Positions 32,924-43,392 are shown, counted from the stretch's first letter. The stretch is DNA of 64,000 nt from an uncultured Bacteroidota bacterium (GCA_903850915.1 CAINMV010000009.1:64599-128598), one strand, 5' to 3'. Notes: generated by a model from the sequence alone, not told the origin. Numbers and translations: made by a program.

Positions 32924-35900
32924 TTAGTTTTTTATAAAGCGGTACAATTTTGATTTGTTATCTCCAATGTTAAGCATGTATGCGCCTGAAGCCAGACTTT
33001 GAAGGTTTATTTTCTGTAGCTCTGAACTAATAGTTCCTTGTGCTAAAACACGTCCTAAGTTATCGGTAATGGTATATGTTAAGCCTATCTCCAATTGGTT
33101 CGACTTTAATTCGATGAATTCATATGCTGGGTTTGGAGCGATTGAAATATTATGATACTTTTCTGTTTGTGTGATGCCAATTTTCGACATGACAACACAA
33201 GATGAGGTGTCGGTGCAGGTGCCAGTCTTTAATATTACGGCATAACTACCATTTTTAGTTGCCGTAAACGATTGCCCAGTTTCTCCACTAATTGGCTGTT
33301 TGCCATTATTACAGTCAATCCACTGATATGATAAACCTGTTGCAGCTGCACTAATTGTAAATCCGTTCACTGTAGTCGCTTTATTTATTGATGGGTAAAT
33401 AGTGGCATCTACAGAAGTACGAGTTGCCGACACGCATCCACTATCGATGGCATCAACATAATAGGTGGTAGTTAAACTTAAAACAGGCGTTGTCAAAGTG
33501 CTTCCGGTGCTTATTACTGTTCCGCCAAAGGCCACATTATACCATCTAGTATTTCCAGCGCTTGCTGCTGCGCTTAGCGTTACGGATGCAGGTGTGCAAC
33601 TATAGCCTGGGGTGGTGCTTGTAACCGTAGGTATTTTTTTAACTTTAGCAATCACTGCGATACGCGGATAGGAAGTACAACCATTGTCTTTGGTGTCTAT
33701 ATAAAAAGTATCGGTAACTGTTAAAGGTGAGGTTGTAAATGATGGGCCATTCCCTAATAATGTCCCTCCAATAGAATCGCTATACCAAGCAATTAATCCG
33801 CCACTTGCTGAAGCGCCTAAGGTGATGCTACCTGCTCCACATACCGATGCTGAGGTAAAGCCAGTAATGGTTGGCAATGGGTTTATGGTGGCTTTAGCCG
33901 GAGTACGAAAGGCTGTCACACATCCATTATTTGTAGCGTCAACATAATAGGTTGTAGTGGTAGTTAGCGATGGTGTAGTGAAGGATGTTCCTGTTGCTAT
34001 TGAAGTACCACCAGTTGAAGTGGTATACCAGTTAATAGTACCAGCACTGGCAGCGGCTCCAAGTGTTACCTTATCTCCAACACATCCACTGGCAGAGGTG
34101 GTTCCGTTGATTGTAGGATTGGAATAAACTGATGCAACAATGGTTGTTCTTGTTGCTGATGTGCAAACGCCTGAAACTACTTCTAGATAGTAAGTTCTTG
34201 GTGAGAAAATAACTGGAGTTGTGTATGTAGTTCCTGAATCTATCAAGGTTCCGCCACTTGAAGTAGAATACCAGTAAATAGTACCCGTGTTACATGTTGC
34301 ATTAAGCACCACACTTCCTGAGCCACATGTTCCCGCAGGGGTGGTGGATGTAATAATTGGTAATGGAATAATTGTTACGGTTATGGGTGTGCGAGATGCA
34401 GAAACGCAGCCATTGGCTGTTACTTCAACATAATATGTGGTAGTTGATGAAAGGACCGGAGTTGAATATGTAAGTCCACTAAAAAGCGAGGTGCCTCCTG
34501 TTGCGCTGCTATACCAATCAATTGTTCCTGCGCCAGTGCTCGCCGATAATACCGCGCTTCCAGGTCCGCATAATGTTGCTGGTGTAATTCCCGTAATGGT
34601 AGGGATTGGTTTTATCGTAGCAACAATAGGAGTTCTTGTGGCGCTGGCGCATCCCTTATAAATAGCATCAACATAATACGTTGTTGTGGCTGTTAAGCTT
34701 GGAGTAGTAAATGTAATTCCCGTGTCAAGTGCCATGCCTCCAGTAATATTTGCATACCAGTTCACGCTTCCCATAGCAGCGGTAGCGCCGAGCACTAAGA
34801 TTCCTGGGCCGCAACGTTGCGCTGCAGTGGTAGCCGTAATTTGTGGATTTAATATTGTTACTTTTTTTGCTGTAGAATTAGAGGATGATGGGCCAAAGAT
34901 GCAGCTTACAACGCATCGGAAATATGTGGTGTTTAGAAATCCAACAGCTGTAAATTGATTTTGCGTTGCTCCTGAAATATCGCTATAGTTAATGCCATTT
35001 ATAGACGACTGCCATTGATAACCTGTTCCTACCCCAATTCCTGTTGTACCTGATAAGCTTAGTAAAAAGTTGTTCCCTACACAAACAGTATCAAAGCTTG
35101 ATACGGTGGTTCCTGCAACCCCATTTAAGCATATTGGTCTAGGTACACCGTCAAACTCGTCAGCGCCAATATCCACTCTTGTTCCTCCTCCCTTGGTGCT
35201 TCCTGTTGGTCCAGGTCGGGTTTCATTATCAATGTCGGTGGAGATACCGCTTATTGCAAGCCCTCCAGATTCTAAGTAAGAAATTGCAGTTCCTGCGGTG
35301 TCAATGTGAAGGTTAACGTTGGCACTAGTTCCATTTGCATTCTTAAAGAGAGGATCTACGTTCGCGCTTAAAGTATCTTGGCCAGTGGCTATTTTCCAGT
35401 TGCCAAATGTGGTATAATCTGTTCCGTTTAGTCTTGATAAAAAGGTAATTGCACCATTCCAGTAGTTGTTTGCGGCAATTGTTTGACTTGTAAGTCCTGC
35501 TAATCTTAAAGCAAAGTTTTTGCCGGTGGAAAGTCCATTGCTTCGTGTATTACAGAAAATGTTGTTTTTCAATTCTCGTGAAATCGATGTTACGGAGCTT
35601 GCAAAGGCGATGGTGTTATTTGTTCCAGCGCCGACGTTACTTCCATTAATGCACACAGTATTAAAATAAAGATTATTTGTCCCACCATCTTCATTTATTC
35701 CAATCATTAATAGCGAGTTTGTAATTGAAGTGCCAGTTTCGTCTGTCCCAAGACGTATCATATTATTGTAAACATTAACTGCTCCGGAGGCGATATCAAT
35801 ACCTCGCAAAAAGCCCGATGATGTTGCTGATAGTGCTGAGAAACTGTGAATGGAGTTTTTATCAATTGTGTTTGTTCCTGCAGCGCCACTGTAATAAATT

Positions 35901-37705
35901 CCAACAATTGTAGGTCCTGCAGAAGTAGACGTGTTGGTTAACTTTAAGGTATGAATTGTATTTCCTGAAATAATTGCAGGCCCGGAGGTGGATAGATATC
36001 CAATTCCCAAAATTGCATTGTTCCCGGCCGTTGCCGATGTTTGAATTGCACTAGTTAAGTTTCTGATGGTGTTTCCTGAGATGGTAAACGCTCCGGCAGT
36101 AGAGGCAACCAAGATGCCAACCAAAGAACTAGCTTGAGTTCCTGCAGATAAGGCATTACTATTTATATTGGCAATTAAATTTCCAGTGATAGTTCCTGAT
36201 ATACCCGTTCCATTTAATATTATTCCTCGAATACTTTGAATAGAGGTACTTGTTGTTGCGCTAATGGCATTAATACTATTTGGAATGGTTGCGCTTCCAA
36301 TTGTATTGTTTGTGATGTTTACCGTGGTTCCTCCTGAGGCTGCAATGCCATTGAAAATTGGAGTAACTGTGGTTGATGAATTCAACACAATACCAGCTAT
36401 AATATTGTTAGATATGTTAATGACATTATTGGTTCCACCGCCAGTTCTAATACAAATTGGCCCACCGGTATTGGCTGTGGCTGTAAAGGTTATTCCTGGT
36501 GTGGCTGTAGTCGATCCAATAATATTACCTAATATAGTTCCTACGTTAGCATTTCCATTTGCAATATTTATTATTTCCATCGCAGTAGACCCTGCGTTTC
36601 CAGTGGTCATGTCGATATTTGTTATTGTATTGTTTTGCAGTGAAGTTGCTGCTCCTAAGCCTACCGAAATATCCATGGCCCAAAAGGAATATGTTGACGC
36701 TCCAGTTATAGTATATGTTCCACTACCAGCAGCATTGTTACCTCCAATGAAGTTTCCACTTATATTAAAGCCATTGGCTGCATTCGAAAGGTTAGCTACA
36801 TTGGGCGTAATCCAAAGTACGCGATGCACTGAGGTGCTACTTAGGTAATCGATGGCGGTGGATTGGTATAGATGATTATTGGTAACACTCCATGCCGTAT
36901 TTCCAAGGTCAACTTTTACGTGTGTAGAACCTGCAGTTGCGCTATAAATATCATAAATATTACAAGCGGTTATGGTGCAACTATCGTTATAGGTACCTGG
37001 GGTGGTTTGTGTTCCGTAAGCACAAATACCGATTGCTGGGAAAGTGGATGTCGTAGTTCCTGTTCCATGTACATTACAATATGAGATGGTGTTAAAGTCA
37101 TTACCCAATAGTCCAGTGCTACTTGCGCTATTAATAAAAATTACCCCTGCTGCTGTAGTTAAGGCTGGTGATGCATTGGTATTTTGTCCTTTTACATCAC
37201 AGTATTTTATTGTATTGTATAATGCATCGTTGATTAAACGAATAGCAACACCAGTTGTACTTGTGTTTATAATAGTAAGCGCAATATTGCTGCCCGTAGC
37301 ACCAGGACGGCCGTCAATTGTGAAATTCTTCGCACCATTTAAGTCGAATGTAGCTGTTGTGTTAGCACTAGTAATGGTTACAGCGGTTAACGATAGTGAT
37401 GGTCTTATCGTTACTGTATTTAGTGCTGAGTTTCCAGTATAGTTGCCAATTGCAATCGGGAATGTTTCACCAGTAGAATAGGAAGCATCAGTTAAGGTAA
37501 AGGTAACAGCAGCGCTTACGCCTTTGCTCGTTAAATCGGCTATGGCAGCGGTGATGGTAACATAGGTTTGTCCGCTACCAACATTGTAATTGCCAGATAA
37601 AGGTTGTGCTTTAGAGATTACGCCTAAAAAAACTAAGAAAAAAACCAGGTGAATTGCTTTGCTGTTGCAAAAATTACGTAGAAAGGTAAAGTAAATTTGG
37701 CTCAT
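32924..37705 (-). CDS. giant secreted protein (1593 aa): right-handed beta-helix region, ~7 tandem ~72-aa Cys-containing Ig-like repeats, T9SS C-terminal sorting domain
   Basis: Signal peptide. Thr/Ser/Asn/Gly-rich beta-helix-like repeats (NNxI, GNTI). Repeats of pattern P-x-IT...CG-GS...A...G.I.WY....GG......T.TTP.L..TTTYYV....GC.S..RT. C-terminus ...IAPNPAYEFIELKS...GAYMLNIGDNKSKLYRFIKN typical of type-A T9SS CTD. Confidence 0.75.
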   Translation of the reverse strand: MSQIYFTFLRNFCNSKAIHLVFFLVFLGVISKAQPLSGNYNVGSGQTYVTITAAIADLTSKGVSAAVTFTLTDASYSTGETFPIAIGNYTGNSALNTVTIRPSLSLTAVTITSANTTATFDLNGAKNFTIDGRPGATGSNIALTIINTSTTGVAIRLINDALYNTIKYCDVKGQNTNASPALTTAAGVIFINSASSTGLLGNDFNTISYCNVHGTGTTTSTFPAIGICAYGTQTTPGTYNDSCTITACNIYDIYSATAGSTHVKVDLGNTAWSVTNNHLYQSTAIDYLSSTSVHRVLWITPNVANLSNAANGFNISGNFIGGNNAAGSGTYTITGASTYSFWAMDISVGLGAATSLQNNTITNIDMTTGNAGSTAMEIINIANGNANVGTILGNIIGSTTATPGITFTATANTGGPICIRTGGGTNNVINISNNIIAGIVLNSSTTVTPIFNGIAASGGTTVNITNNTIGSATIPNSINAISATTSTSIQSIRGIILNGTGISGTITGNLIANINSNALSAGTQASSLVGILVASTAGAFTISGNTIRNLTSAIQTSATAGNNAILGIGYLSTSGPAIISGNTIHTLKLTNTSTSAGPTIVGIYYSGAAGTNTIDKNSIHSFSALSATSSGFLRGIDIASGAVNVYNNMIRLGTDETGTSITNSLLMIGINEDGGTNNLYFNTVCINGSNVGAGTNNTIAFASSVTSISRELKNNIFCNTRSNGLSTGKNFALRLAGLTSQTIAANNYWNGAITFLSRLNGTDYTTFGNWKIATGQDTLSANVDPLFKNANGTSANVNLHIDTAGTAISYLESGGLAISGISTDIDNETRPGPTGSTKGGGTRVDIGADEFDGVPRPICLNGVAGTTVSSFDTVCVGNNFLLSLSGTTGIGVGTGYQWQSSINGINYSDISGATQNQFTAVGFLNTTYFRCVVSCIFGPSSSNSTAKKVTILNPQITATTAAQRCGPGILVLGATAAMGSVNWYANITGGMALDTGITFTTPSLTATTTYYVDAIYKGCASATRTPIVATIKPIPTITGITPATLCGPGSAVLSASTGAGTIDWYSSATGGTSLFSGLTYSTPVLSSTTTYYVEVTANGCVSASRTPITVTIIPLPIITSTTPAGTCGSGSVVLNATCNTGTIYWYSTSSGGTLIDSGTTYTTPVIFSPRTYYLEVVSGVCTSATRTTIVASVYSNPTINGTTSASGCVGDKVTLGAAASAGTINWYTTSTGGTSIATGTSFTTPSLTTTTTYYVDATNNGCVTAFRTPAKATINPLPTITGFTSASVCGAGSITLGASASGGLIAWYSDSIGGTLLGNGPSFTTSPLTVTDTFYIDTKDNGCTSYPRIAVIAKVKKIPTVTSTTPGYSCTPASVTLSAAASAGNTRWYNVAFGGTVISTGSTLTTPVLSLTTTYYVDAIDSGCVSATRTSVDATIYPSINKATTVNGFTISAAATGLSYQWIDCNNGKQPISGETGQSFTATKNGSYAVILKTGTCTDTSSCVVMSKIGITQTEKYHNISIAPNPAYEFIELKSNQLEIGLTYTITDNLGRVLAQGTISSELQKINLQSLASGAYMLNIGDNKSKLYRFIKN

Positions 37706-37912
37706 ATATTAAAGTTGTAGTAAAGTTATTTATGCGATTAAAAATTGGTTTATTATTAGCAATCAACGAATATAACAAAATGTTTGATTTGCAATAAAAG
37801 TTAATTTATGGTTTTACTGTATTATGACACCAATTTGTTGATTGCCAATCATTTTTCGCGAATTCGTTAAATAAAGCCATTATTGTGGGGAAGTGTAAGT
37901 TTGTTCTGACAA

Positions 37913-39829
37913 TCAATTGTCGCACTTTAATGACTTCATAATACTCTCAGACACCTCATATCCGAGTGATTTTGCCTTTAAAATATCCTGACATGTGTTT
38001 TTGTTGTCGTTTAAATGGTTGTATGATATGGCTCTATTGTAATAAAAAGAAGGATTGGGAGTCGATTCTATGGCTTTTGAAAATGAGATTATTGATGCTT
38101 CATAATTGTCAATTTTCTGATAACAGGTGCCAATAAGATTCCAAATATTACCGCTGTTATCATTTACAATGGTAAGATGTTTTTGAAGATCGACAATAGC
38201 ATCATTCTCTTTGTTCATTCTGTCGTATACCAAACCTCTGCTTAAATATCCATTTTCGGTTTTAGGGTTCAATTCAATCGCTTTATTAAAATCAGTTAAA
38301 GCCGAATCAAGTAGCCCCAATTGAGCATAAGCGCCTCCTCTGTTTTCTAATAATTTAGGAAAATTTGGCTTAATACCATAACACTTATTGTAATCGTCAA
38401 GTGCTTTTCTGTATTTTTCTAATATAAACCAAATGTTTCCTCGGTTTAACAAGTCTTCTGTTTCCGCTTTATTTATCGAAAGAGAAATATCATACATTTC
38501 AATTGCTTTGGTGTAGTTTTTCTCTGCTTTGTAAATTTTACCACGTTGCCCATAAGCCCTACTGCTTGGCACTGCCACGATGGCATGATCCCATAAAGCG
38601 GTGCTGTTTTTCCAGGTTTTTACTTGGGTATAAGCTATTGGTGTTATTGTTAGCACAATCAACGTCACAGTCAAATAAAGCGCTATCGGTGCTTTGCCAT
38701 TGTTTTTGTCTACCCAACGTTGCATGGCATATCCAAGCAGAAAAAAGGGGCCTAGCAAAGGTAAATAACTATACCTGTCAGCTAGAATGGCACTTCCTAC
38801 TGGGAAGAACTGGAGAACCAAAATCAAATTCAGTAAATAAAAAAGTATTGAAAATACAATCACTTTGTTCTTCTTGAAATAAATTAAGATCAGAGCGATT
38901 AAGCCAATAGAGAGTAAAGGTGAAATTAAATATGAAGTTGGTAGTGCAATATTTATAGCAGGAAATGGATAAAAAGTGCAAAGGTTTATTGGCACTATTG
39001 TTTTTGCCAAGTACATCAAAACCCCATAATTGCCGAACAGAAAACGTGATGTTGCTGGAAATACGGTGGCTGCAAAGACGGCTCCTTGTTGGCTTTGCGC
39101 ATTCACAGTAAGCAGGCCGAATATTAGTGAAAGTATGAAAAAGGGTATTTTTTCTAACGCTGTTTTTATTGAAAACAAGCGGGAATAATAGTAATCGATA
39201 GCCAATAACGCTAAGGGTAACACTACGGCAGCTGGTTTAGATATAATGGATAAAAAGAAGGCTACAAATACAAGTGCAAGGTGCACGAGTTTACCGCTTT
39301 TTATATAGTTAACGTAAAGTAGCAACCCACCTAAGAAGAAGAAGGCATACAAAACATCCTTGCGTTCTGAAACCCAAGCGACGGATTCTACGTGTAAAGG
39401 ATGAATGCCAAAAAGCAAGGCTGTAATAAATCCAGGCCAATTTTTACCGTTCGATAGTTTCTTGAATAAGAAAAAAACCAAACATACATTTAATAAGTGC
39501 AAGAGCACGTTTGTTATATGAAAGGAGGTTGCTGACTTGCCGAAAATCGTATAGTTTAAAGCCAACGAAAACATAGTAAGAGGGTGGTAGTTTCCTTGAA
39601 CTGGCTTTGAGATAATTTCTTGTATGTGATTAAGAGATTGAATAGAAGTGTTGTTTACAACATAATCATCATCATCCCAATTAACAAAACTAGCGTTGAA
39701 GGTTGGAACATAAACAAAAAGTGTAAGCGCGAGGCATATTAGCAACATCAGAAATTGAACATTCTTCTCTTTCGCAATAGGCTGTTCTTTTTTTGTGTTT
39801 TTCTGTGTTTTTGTTTTGTTCGAAGCCAT
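37913..39829 (-). CDS. polytopic membrane protein with GT-C-like (TMTC/PMT-like, DUF1736-type) N-terminal domain and C-terminal TPR repeats
   Basis: 638 aa. About 10-12 TM helices, with VNWDDDDYVVNN in the first loop. C-terminal 250 aa with TPR-like AxxxYxxA / NPxxxxxYxNRG repeats. Confidence 0.5.
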   Translation of the reverse strand: MASNKTKTQKNTKKEQPIAKEKNVQFLMLLICLALTLFVYVPTFNASFVNWDDDDYVVNNTSIQSLNHIQEIISKPVQGNYHPLTMFSLALNYTIFGKSATSFHITNVLLHLLNVCLVFFLFKKLSNGKNWPGFITALLFGIHPLHVESVAWVSERKDVLYAFFFLGGLLLYVNYIKSGKLVHLALVFVAFFLSIISKPAAVVLPLALLAIDYYYSRLFSIKTALEKIPFFILSLIFGLLTVNAQSQQGAVFAATVFPATSRFLFGNYGVLMYLAKTIVPINLCTFYPFPAINIALPTSYLISPLLSIGLIALILIYFKKNKVIVFSILFYLLNLILVLQFFPVGSAILADRYSYLPLLGPFFLLGYAMQRWVDKNNGKAPIALYLTVTLIVLTITPIAYTQVKTWKNSTALWDHAIVAVPSSRAYGQRGKIYKAEKNYTKAIEMYDISLSINKAETEDLLNRGNIWFILEKYRKALDDYNKCYGIKPNFPKLLENRGGAYAQLGLLDSALTDFNKAIELNPKTENGYLSRGLVYDRMNKENDAIVDLQKHLTIVNDNSGNIWNLIGTCYQKIDNYEASIISFSKAIESTPNPSFYYNRAISYNHLNDNKNTCQDILKAKSLGYEVSESIMKSLKCDN

Positions 39830-39897
39830 AGAATTTTTTAAGGAAGAATATGTTTCAAATGTATAATTTTTTGACGAATATCGTTTTTTCGTTAAGG

Positions 39898-40911
39898 TTA
39901 AAATGCACTAACTATGGCTACCTTGCCTTTCCCAGAGGCAATGAGGAGCTTGCCATTTCTTGCCTTTCTGAGGGTATGGAAGTTTTTTTCATTTGAAAGG
40001 GGAGCCCAGCTTTTACCATTGTCGATGCTTAAATCTGACCCTCCGGGGCCTACACAAATCCAACGGTTTTTCCCCACAAATTCAACACATTCTCTATAGC
40101 CTCTGGTCGGTTTATTTGGCGCTTTCCAGGTTTTTCCATCGTTATTAGAATAAAAAACGTGGTTGGTTTTTAAAGTGTCAATTAAATAATCGCCGCCAAC
40201 AATGACAATCCGGTTTTTAGGATTTCTTGCCACAGAAAAAATCCCAGTTGTTTTTCTACCTGCAAGCATAGGAGTGGCGATAGTATCCCAAGTTCTACCT
40301 TTATCACAAGAGGTGTAAAGTCGTGTGTTAAATCCTCCTGTGCTGATTATTACGTGCTGTTTGGCAAAACATCGTATCCCCGTTCCACTTGCAGCGAAGG
40401 AAGATTCGTTTGGTCTTAATGTTGGCCTACTAGCATCACAAACATTCGTCCATTTTTGCCCACCATCAGTAGTGGAAAGTACTAGCATCATACCGTTTAG
40501 GGGGTCGCCGTAAATAAGTCCTTCTTGACGATTCCAAAAATCGACGCCATCAATAAAAATATCAGAATCATTGCTGTAATAAACTAATTGCCAGGATAAG
40601 CCCCCATTTTCTGTTTTTAAAATGGAAGCCGGTGAACCCGCATTTGCAATGATGGCCTTTTGCGAGTCGAAGGCGTATATGGATCTGAAATCCTTTGATT
40701 CATAGTTTGCAACTTTGCTTAGAATCCAGCTGTTCCCTCCATCGGTAGTACGGCCAACTGTTCCAGAGCCTCCACTAATCCAAGCAATGCTATCATTTAT
40801 AACCGAAATCCCCCTAAAGCTCACATTGGTATTTAATGGTATTGTTTTCCAACTGTTTGTCTGCGCAAAAGTAAACATTGAGAAGAAACAGAGAATGAAT
40901 GTAAGTCTCAT
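39898..40911 (-). CDS. Ycf48/BNR-repeat (sialidase-fold) beta-propeller protein, secreted
   Basis: Signal peptide. Repeated S/TxDxGxTW BNR motifs (TTDGGNSW, TENGGLSW, TTDGGQKW, CDKGRTW, NNDGKTW, IDNGKSW). Confidence 0.6.
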   Translation of the reverse strand: MRLTFILCFFSMFTFAQTNSWKTIPLNTNVSFRGISVINDSIAWISGGSGTVGRTTDGGNSWILSKVANYESKDFRSIYAFDSQKAIIANAGSPASILKTENGGLSWQLVYYSNDSDIFIDGVDFWNRQEGLIYGDPLNGMMLVLSTTDGGQKWTNVCDASRPTLRPNESSFAASGTGIRCFAKQHVIISTGGFNTRLYTSCDKGRTWDTIATPMLAGRKTTGIFSVARNPKNRIVIVGGDYLIDTLKTNHVFYSNNDGKTWKAPNKPTRGYRECVEFVGKNRWICVGPGGSDLSIDNGKSWAPLSNEKNFHTLRKARNGKLLIASGKGKVAIVSAF

Positions 40912-40928
40912 AACGTAATCTATATTAG

Positions 40929-42395
40929 TTAATTTAATAACTTCATAATTGCATTATAAATAACATCACCAGAGCTAGGTCTTGGTGCATTGGTGTCTAT
41001 TATTTTCCCCGTTTTGTCGATGAGCATATAGCGTGGAATTGAATTGATGCCAAAGTAATTCACAATAGGTGAACTCCAATCTCCTGGTGAATGAAGTAGC
41101 AACCCCTTCATTCCAATCTGATTAACAGCATTGCGCCAGCTGCCTTCATTTCCATCGATAGAGATGTATAAAAAAACGATGTTCTTAAGTTGCTTCTCTG
41201 TGAATCTTTCATGAAGCGCCTTTGATGCAGGAAACTCTTGCCTGCAAGGGCCACACCAGCTCGCCCAAAAGTCAACAAATACTACCTTATCTTCGATGGA
41301 TTTCGGATTAAATGTTTTACCATTAATATCTTTTAAGGTGAGGCCATCAAATGGGTTTTTGGTGTTTTCATTTTTAACATCCTTTTGCGTTTTTGTCTTT
41401 TCTATACTTGTAACTGCCTTTGCTTTAATGCGGGCTTCGCATTTGTTTTTTGTTAATTGAGAATAAGTCCCATCGTGCTCAATATTTTTAAGCTCAGCGT
41501 ACACATGTTTTACGGTGAAGGAAGAAAGCTTGTCACATTCTGAATTAAGGAAGTTAGCGATATACCAAACTTGTGTTTTTCCATTCAATTCTTTTTTTGC
41601 AGTTGTTACTTTCTTCTCGATACTAATATTGTAATCCGTGAACTTATTAAAATCATTGGCTTTTGAAGTAAAGTAAACAATGTAGTTGGTGATAAAGTCG
41701 CAGTATTGTGAATTTATTAAAGCGCCGTCATCAAAAAGTTTTGAGCTTAATCCATCTAACATTACCTCAGGTAGTGCATTAACACGTAAAATGGTGTTCG
41801 CCTGATTCGCATTTACAATTGGATAACTTATCAAAGATGAGAAATAGCAGTAACGAATGGTTTGCTCCAAAAAGTTTTTAAAGCCATTACTAAAACTGCT
41901 CTGGTCTTGTTTGTTATAAAATTCAAGTTGTTTTCTGCGTTCTCTAAAGAGGTACATTTCATAGGCGTCAATGGGTGTACTAACCATTTTTTGTTTCACA
42001 AGTTCTTTATCGAAATTGCTTTTAAATTCCGAATAAAAACTAGTTAGAAAAGCATTTTGTTGAGCCCCTTGTCCAGAAAAAACAAATCCATGTTGGCTTG
42101 TGTCTTTGCCGATTTTAATGGTTATGGCATCGCCGGGCTCGAGATACAAATTAATTTGTTTTTTTTTGTAATGTAATGAGGCCGAAGTCTTGTTTTCTGA
42201 AGGTATACTGAATTTGCATTCTCCTTCAAACACTTTACTTGAAATGGTTGTGTTGTATTCTTCAATAGCATAATAATTTACATATAACTGACATGAATCC
42301 GGTGCTTCGGATTCGAATAGTAAATTAATTTTTACTGGGTTTTGTGAAATAAGAATACTGGGTAATAAAACAAATAATAAAAGTAGCTTATTCAT
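40929..42395 (-). CDS. TlpA/ResA-like thiol-disulfide oxidoreductase with ~350-aa N-terminal extension
   Basis: C-terminal thioredoxin fold with VVFVDFWASWCGPCRQEFP. Signal peptide from MNKLLLLFVLL. The N-terminal domain is unrecognised. Confidence 0.6.
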   Translation of the reverse strand: MNKLLLLFVLLPSILISQNPVKINLLFESEAPDSCQLYVNYYAIEEYNTTISSKVFEGECKFSIPSENKTSASLHYKKKQINLYLEPGDAITIKIGKDTSQHGFVFSGQGAQQNAFLTSFYSEFKSNFDKELVKQKMVSTPIDAYEMYLFRERRKQLEFYNKQDQSSFSNGFKNFLEQTIRYCYFSSLISYPIVNANQANTILRVNALPEVMLDGLSSKLFDDGALINSQYCDFITNYIVYFTSKANDFNKFTDYNISIEKKVTTAKKELNGKTQVWYIANFLNSECDKLSSFTVKHVYAELKNIEHDGTYSQLTKNKCEARIKAKAVTSIEKTKTQKDVKNENTKNPFDGLTLKDINGKTFNPKSIEDKVVFVDFWASWCGPCRQEFPASKALHERFTEKQLKNIVFLYISIDGNEGSWRNAVNQIGMKGLLLHSPGDWSSPIVNYFGINSIPRYMLIDKTGKIIDTNAPRPSSGDVIYNAIMKLLN

Positions 42396-42622
42396 AGTTA
42401 TTGCATGAAACGACTTTAAGGAATTGAAATGTAAAAATAACAAAAAATTGTTACTCGTTTCTTAAAGGTTTAGCATGAATAATATGTGCATTCTCCAATT
42501 CTATGTTGTTTCTGATTTTAGAACTGAGTGTTAAAAAAAGGTTTTATTAAAATGGTACTCAGTAATTTAATAATATTAAATTACTTTCAAGTAATAGGTG
42601 AGGCGCAAAATCCTTGATTTTT

Positions 42623-43246
42623 TTAAGCTTGCTCTAGTGCTTTGGAGCTTCTCAACTGCAATTCTCGATCATGATTGTTGTCCAAGAAAATTTGTTTTTG
42701 AACTAAATCTGCAATTTGATGATAATACTGTTTTATAGGAACCTCTTCTTCCTTGTAATGGCGTAAAAACGTATCATCAAACGTGTTGATGGTGAAGTTG
42801 AGTGAGCTCTTTCTTACTATGTTTTCTAGCGTGTTTTTAGCACTTTTCTCGTAACTCATCGAGAAGATGTTTTTGATCACCACATTTTCACCATCTCCTT
42901 TAAATTGAGGAAGTGCTTTTTCGCCAAAACTAAAGAACACTAATCTACTTGCCTTATGTTCATTCATCGCCTTGATAATGTTTTGAATGGCATCCCTTAA
43001 ATAAAATAATTTCCATAGGTGATAATATGAATATAAAGAGATTACAGCTTGATGGCTTTTTATCGCATCCGAAACACTATAGATATTAAAAACATCACCT
43101 TTGATATATGTGTAATTATGATGGACAATTTTAAAGTCATTTTCACCATCAGCAAAAACGCTAACTTGAAATCCGGATGTTAACAATTGCCGGGCAATAA
43201 TTTGCCCCAAAGTTGAATCGCCGCCCAAAATAATTACCTTTTTCAT
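42623..43246 (-). CDS. NAD(P)-binding Rossmann-fold protein (NmrA/SDR-like)
   Basis: MKKVIILGGDSTLGQIIARQLL glycine-rich dinucleotide motif, 207 aa. Confidence 0.5.
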   Translation of the reverse strand: MKKVIILGGDSTLGQIIARQLLTSGFQVSVFADGENDFKIVHHNYTYIKGDVFNIYSVSDAIKSHQAVISLYSYYHLWKLFYLRDAIQNIIKAMNEHKASRLVFFSFGEKALPQFKGDGENVVIKNIFSMSYEKSAKNTLENIVRKSSLNFTINTFDDTFLRHYKEEEVPIKQYYHQIADLVQKQIFLDNNHDRELQLRSSKALEQA

Positions 43247-43392
43247 AATATGAATAAGAATGTAAAAGTAGTTTAAGTGAAATTCTATCGAGATTAATTT
43301 TAGGTTAACAAAATGTGAAGTTGTTGTTGAATTAATTTCTTAATATTTACAAAAAGCTTACCTAACATTTAATAGTTACGTTTGAACTTAAT

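Noticed and set aside
36264-36848. 194-aa plus-strand ORF (and several others at 34437-37442)
   Set aside because: Antisense to the giant T9SS gene. The low-complexity Val/Pro/Ala-rich product reflects the reverse-complemented Thr/Gly/Asn codon bias.
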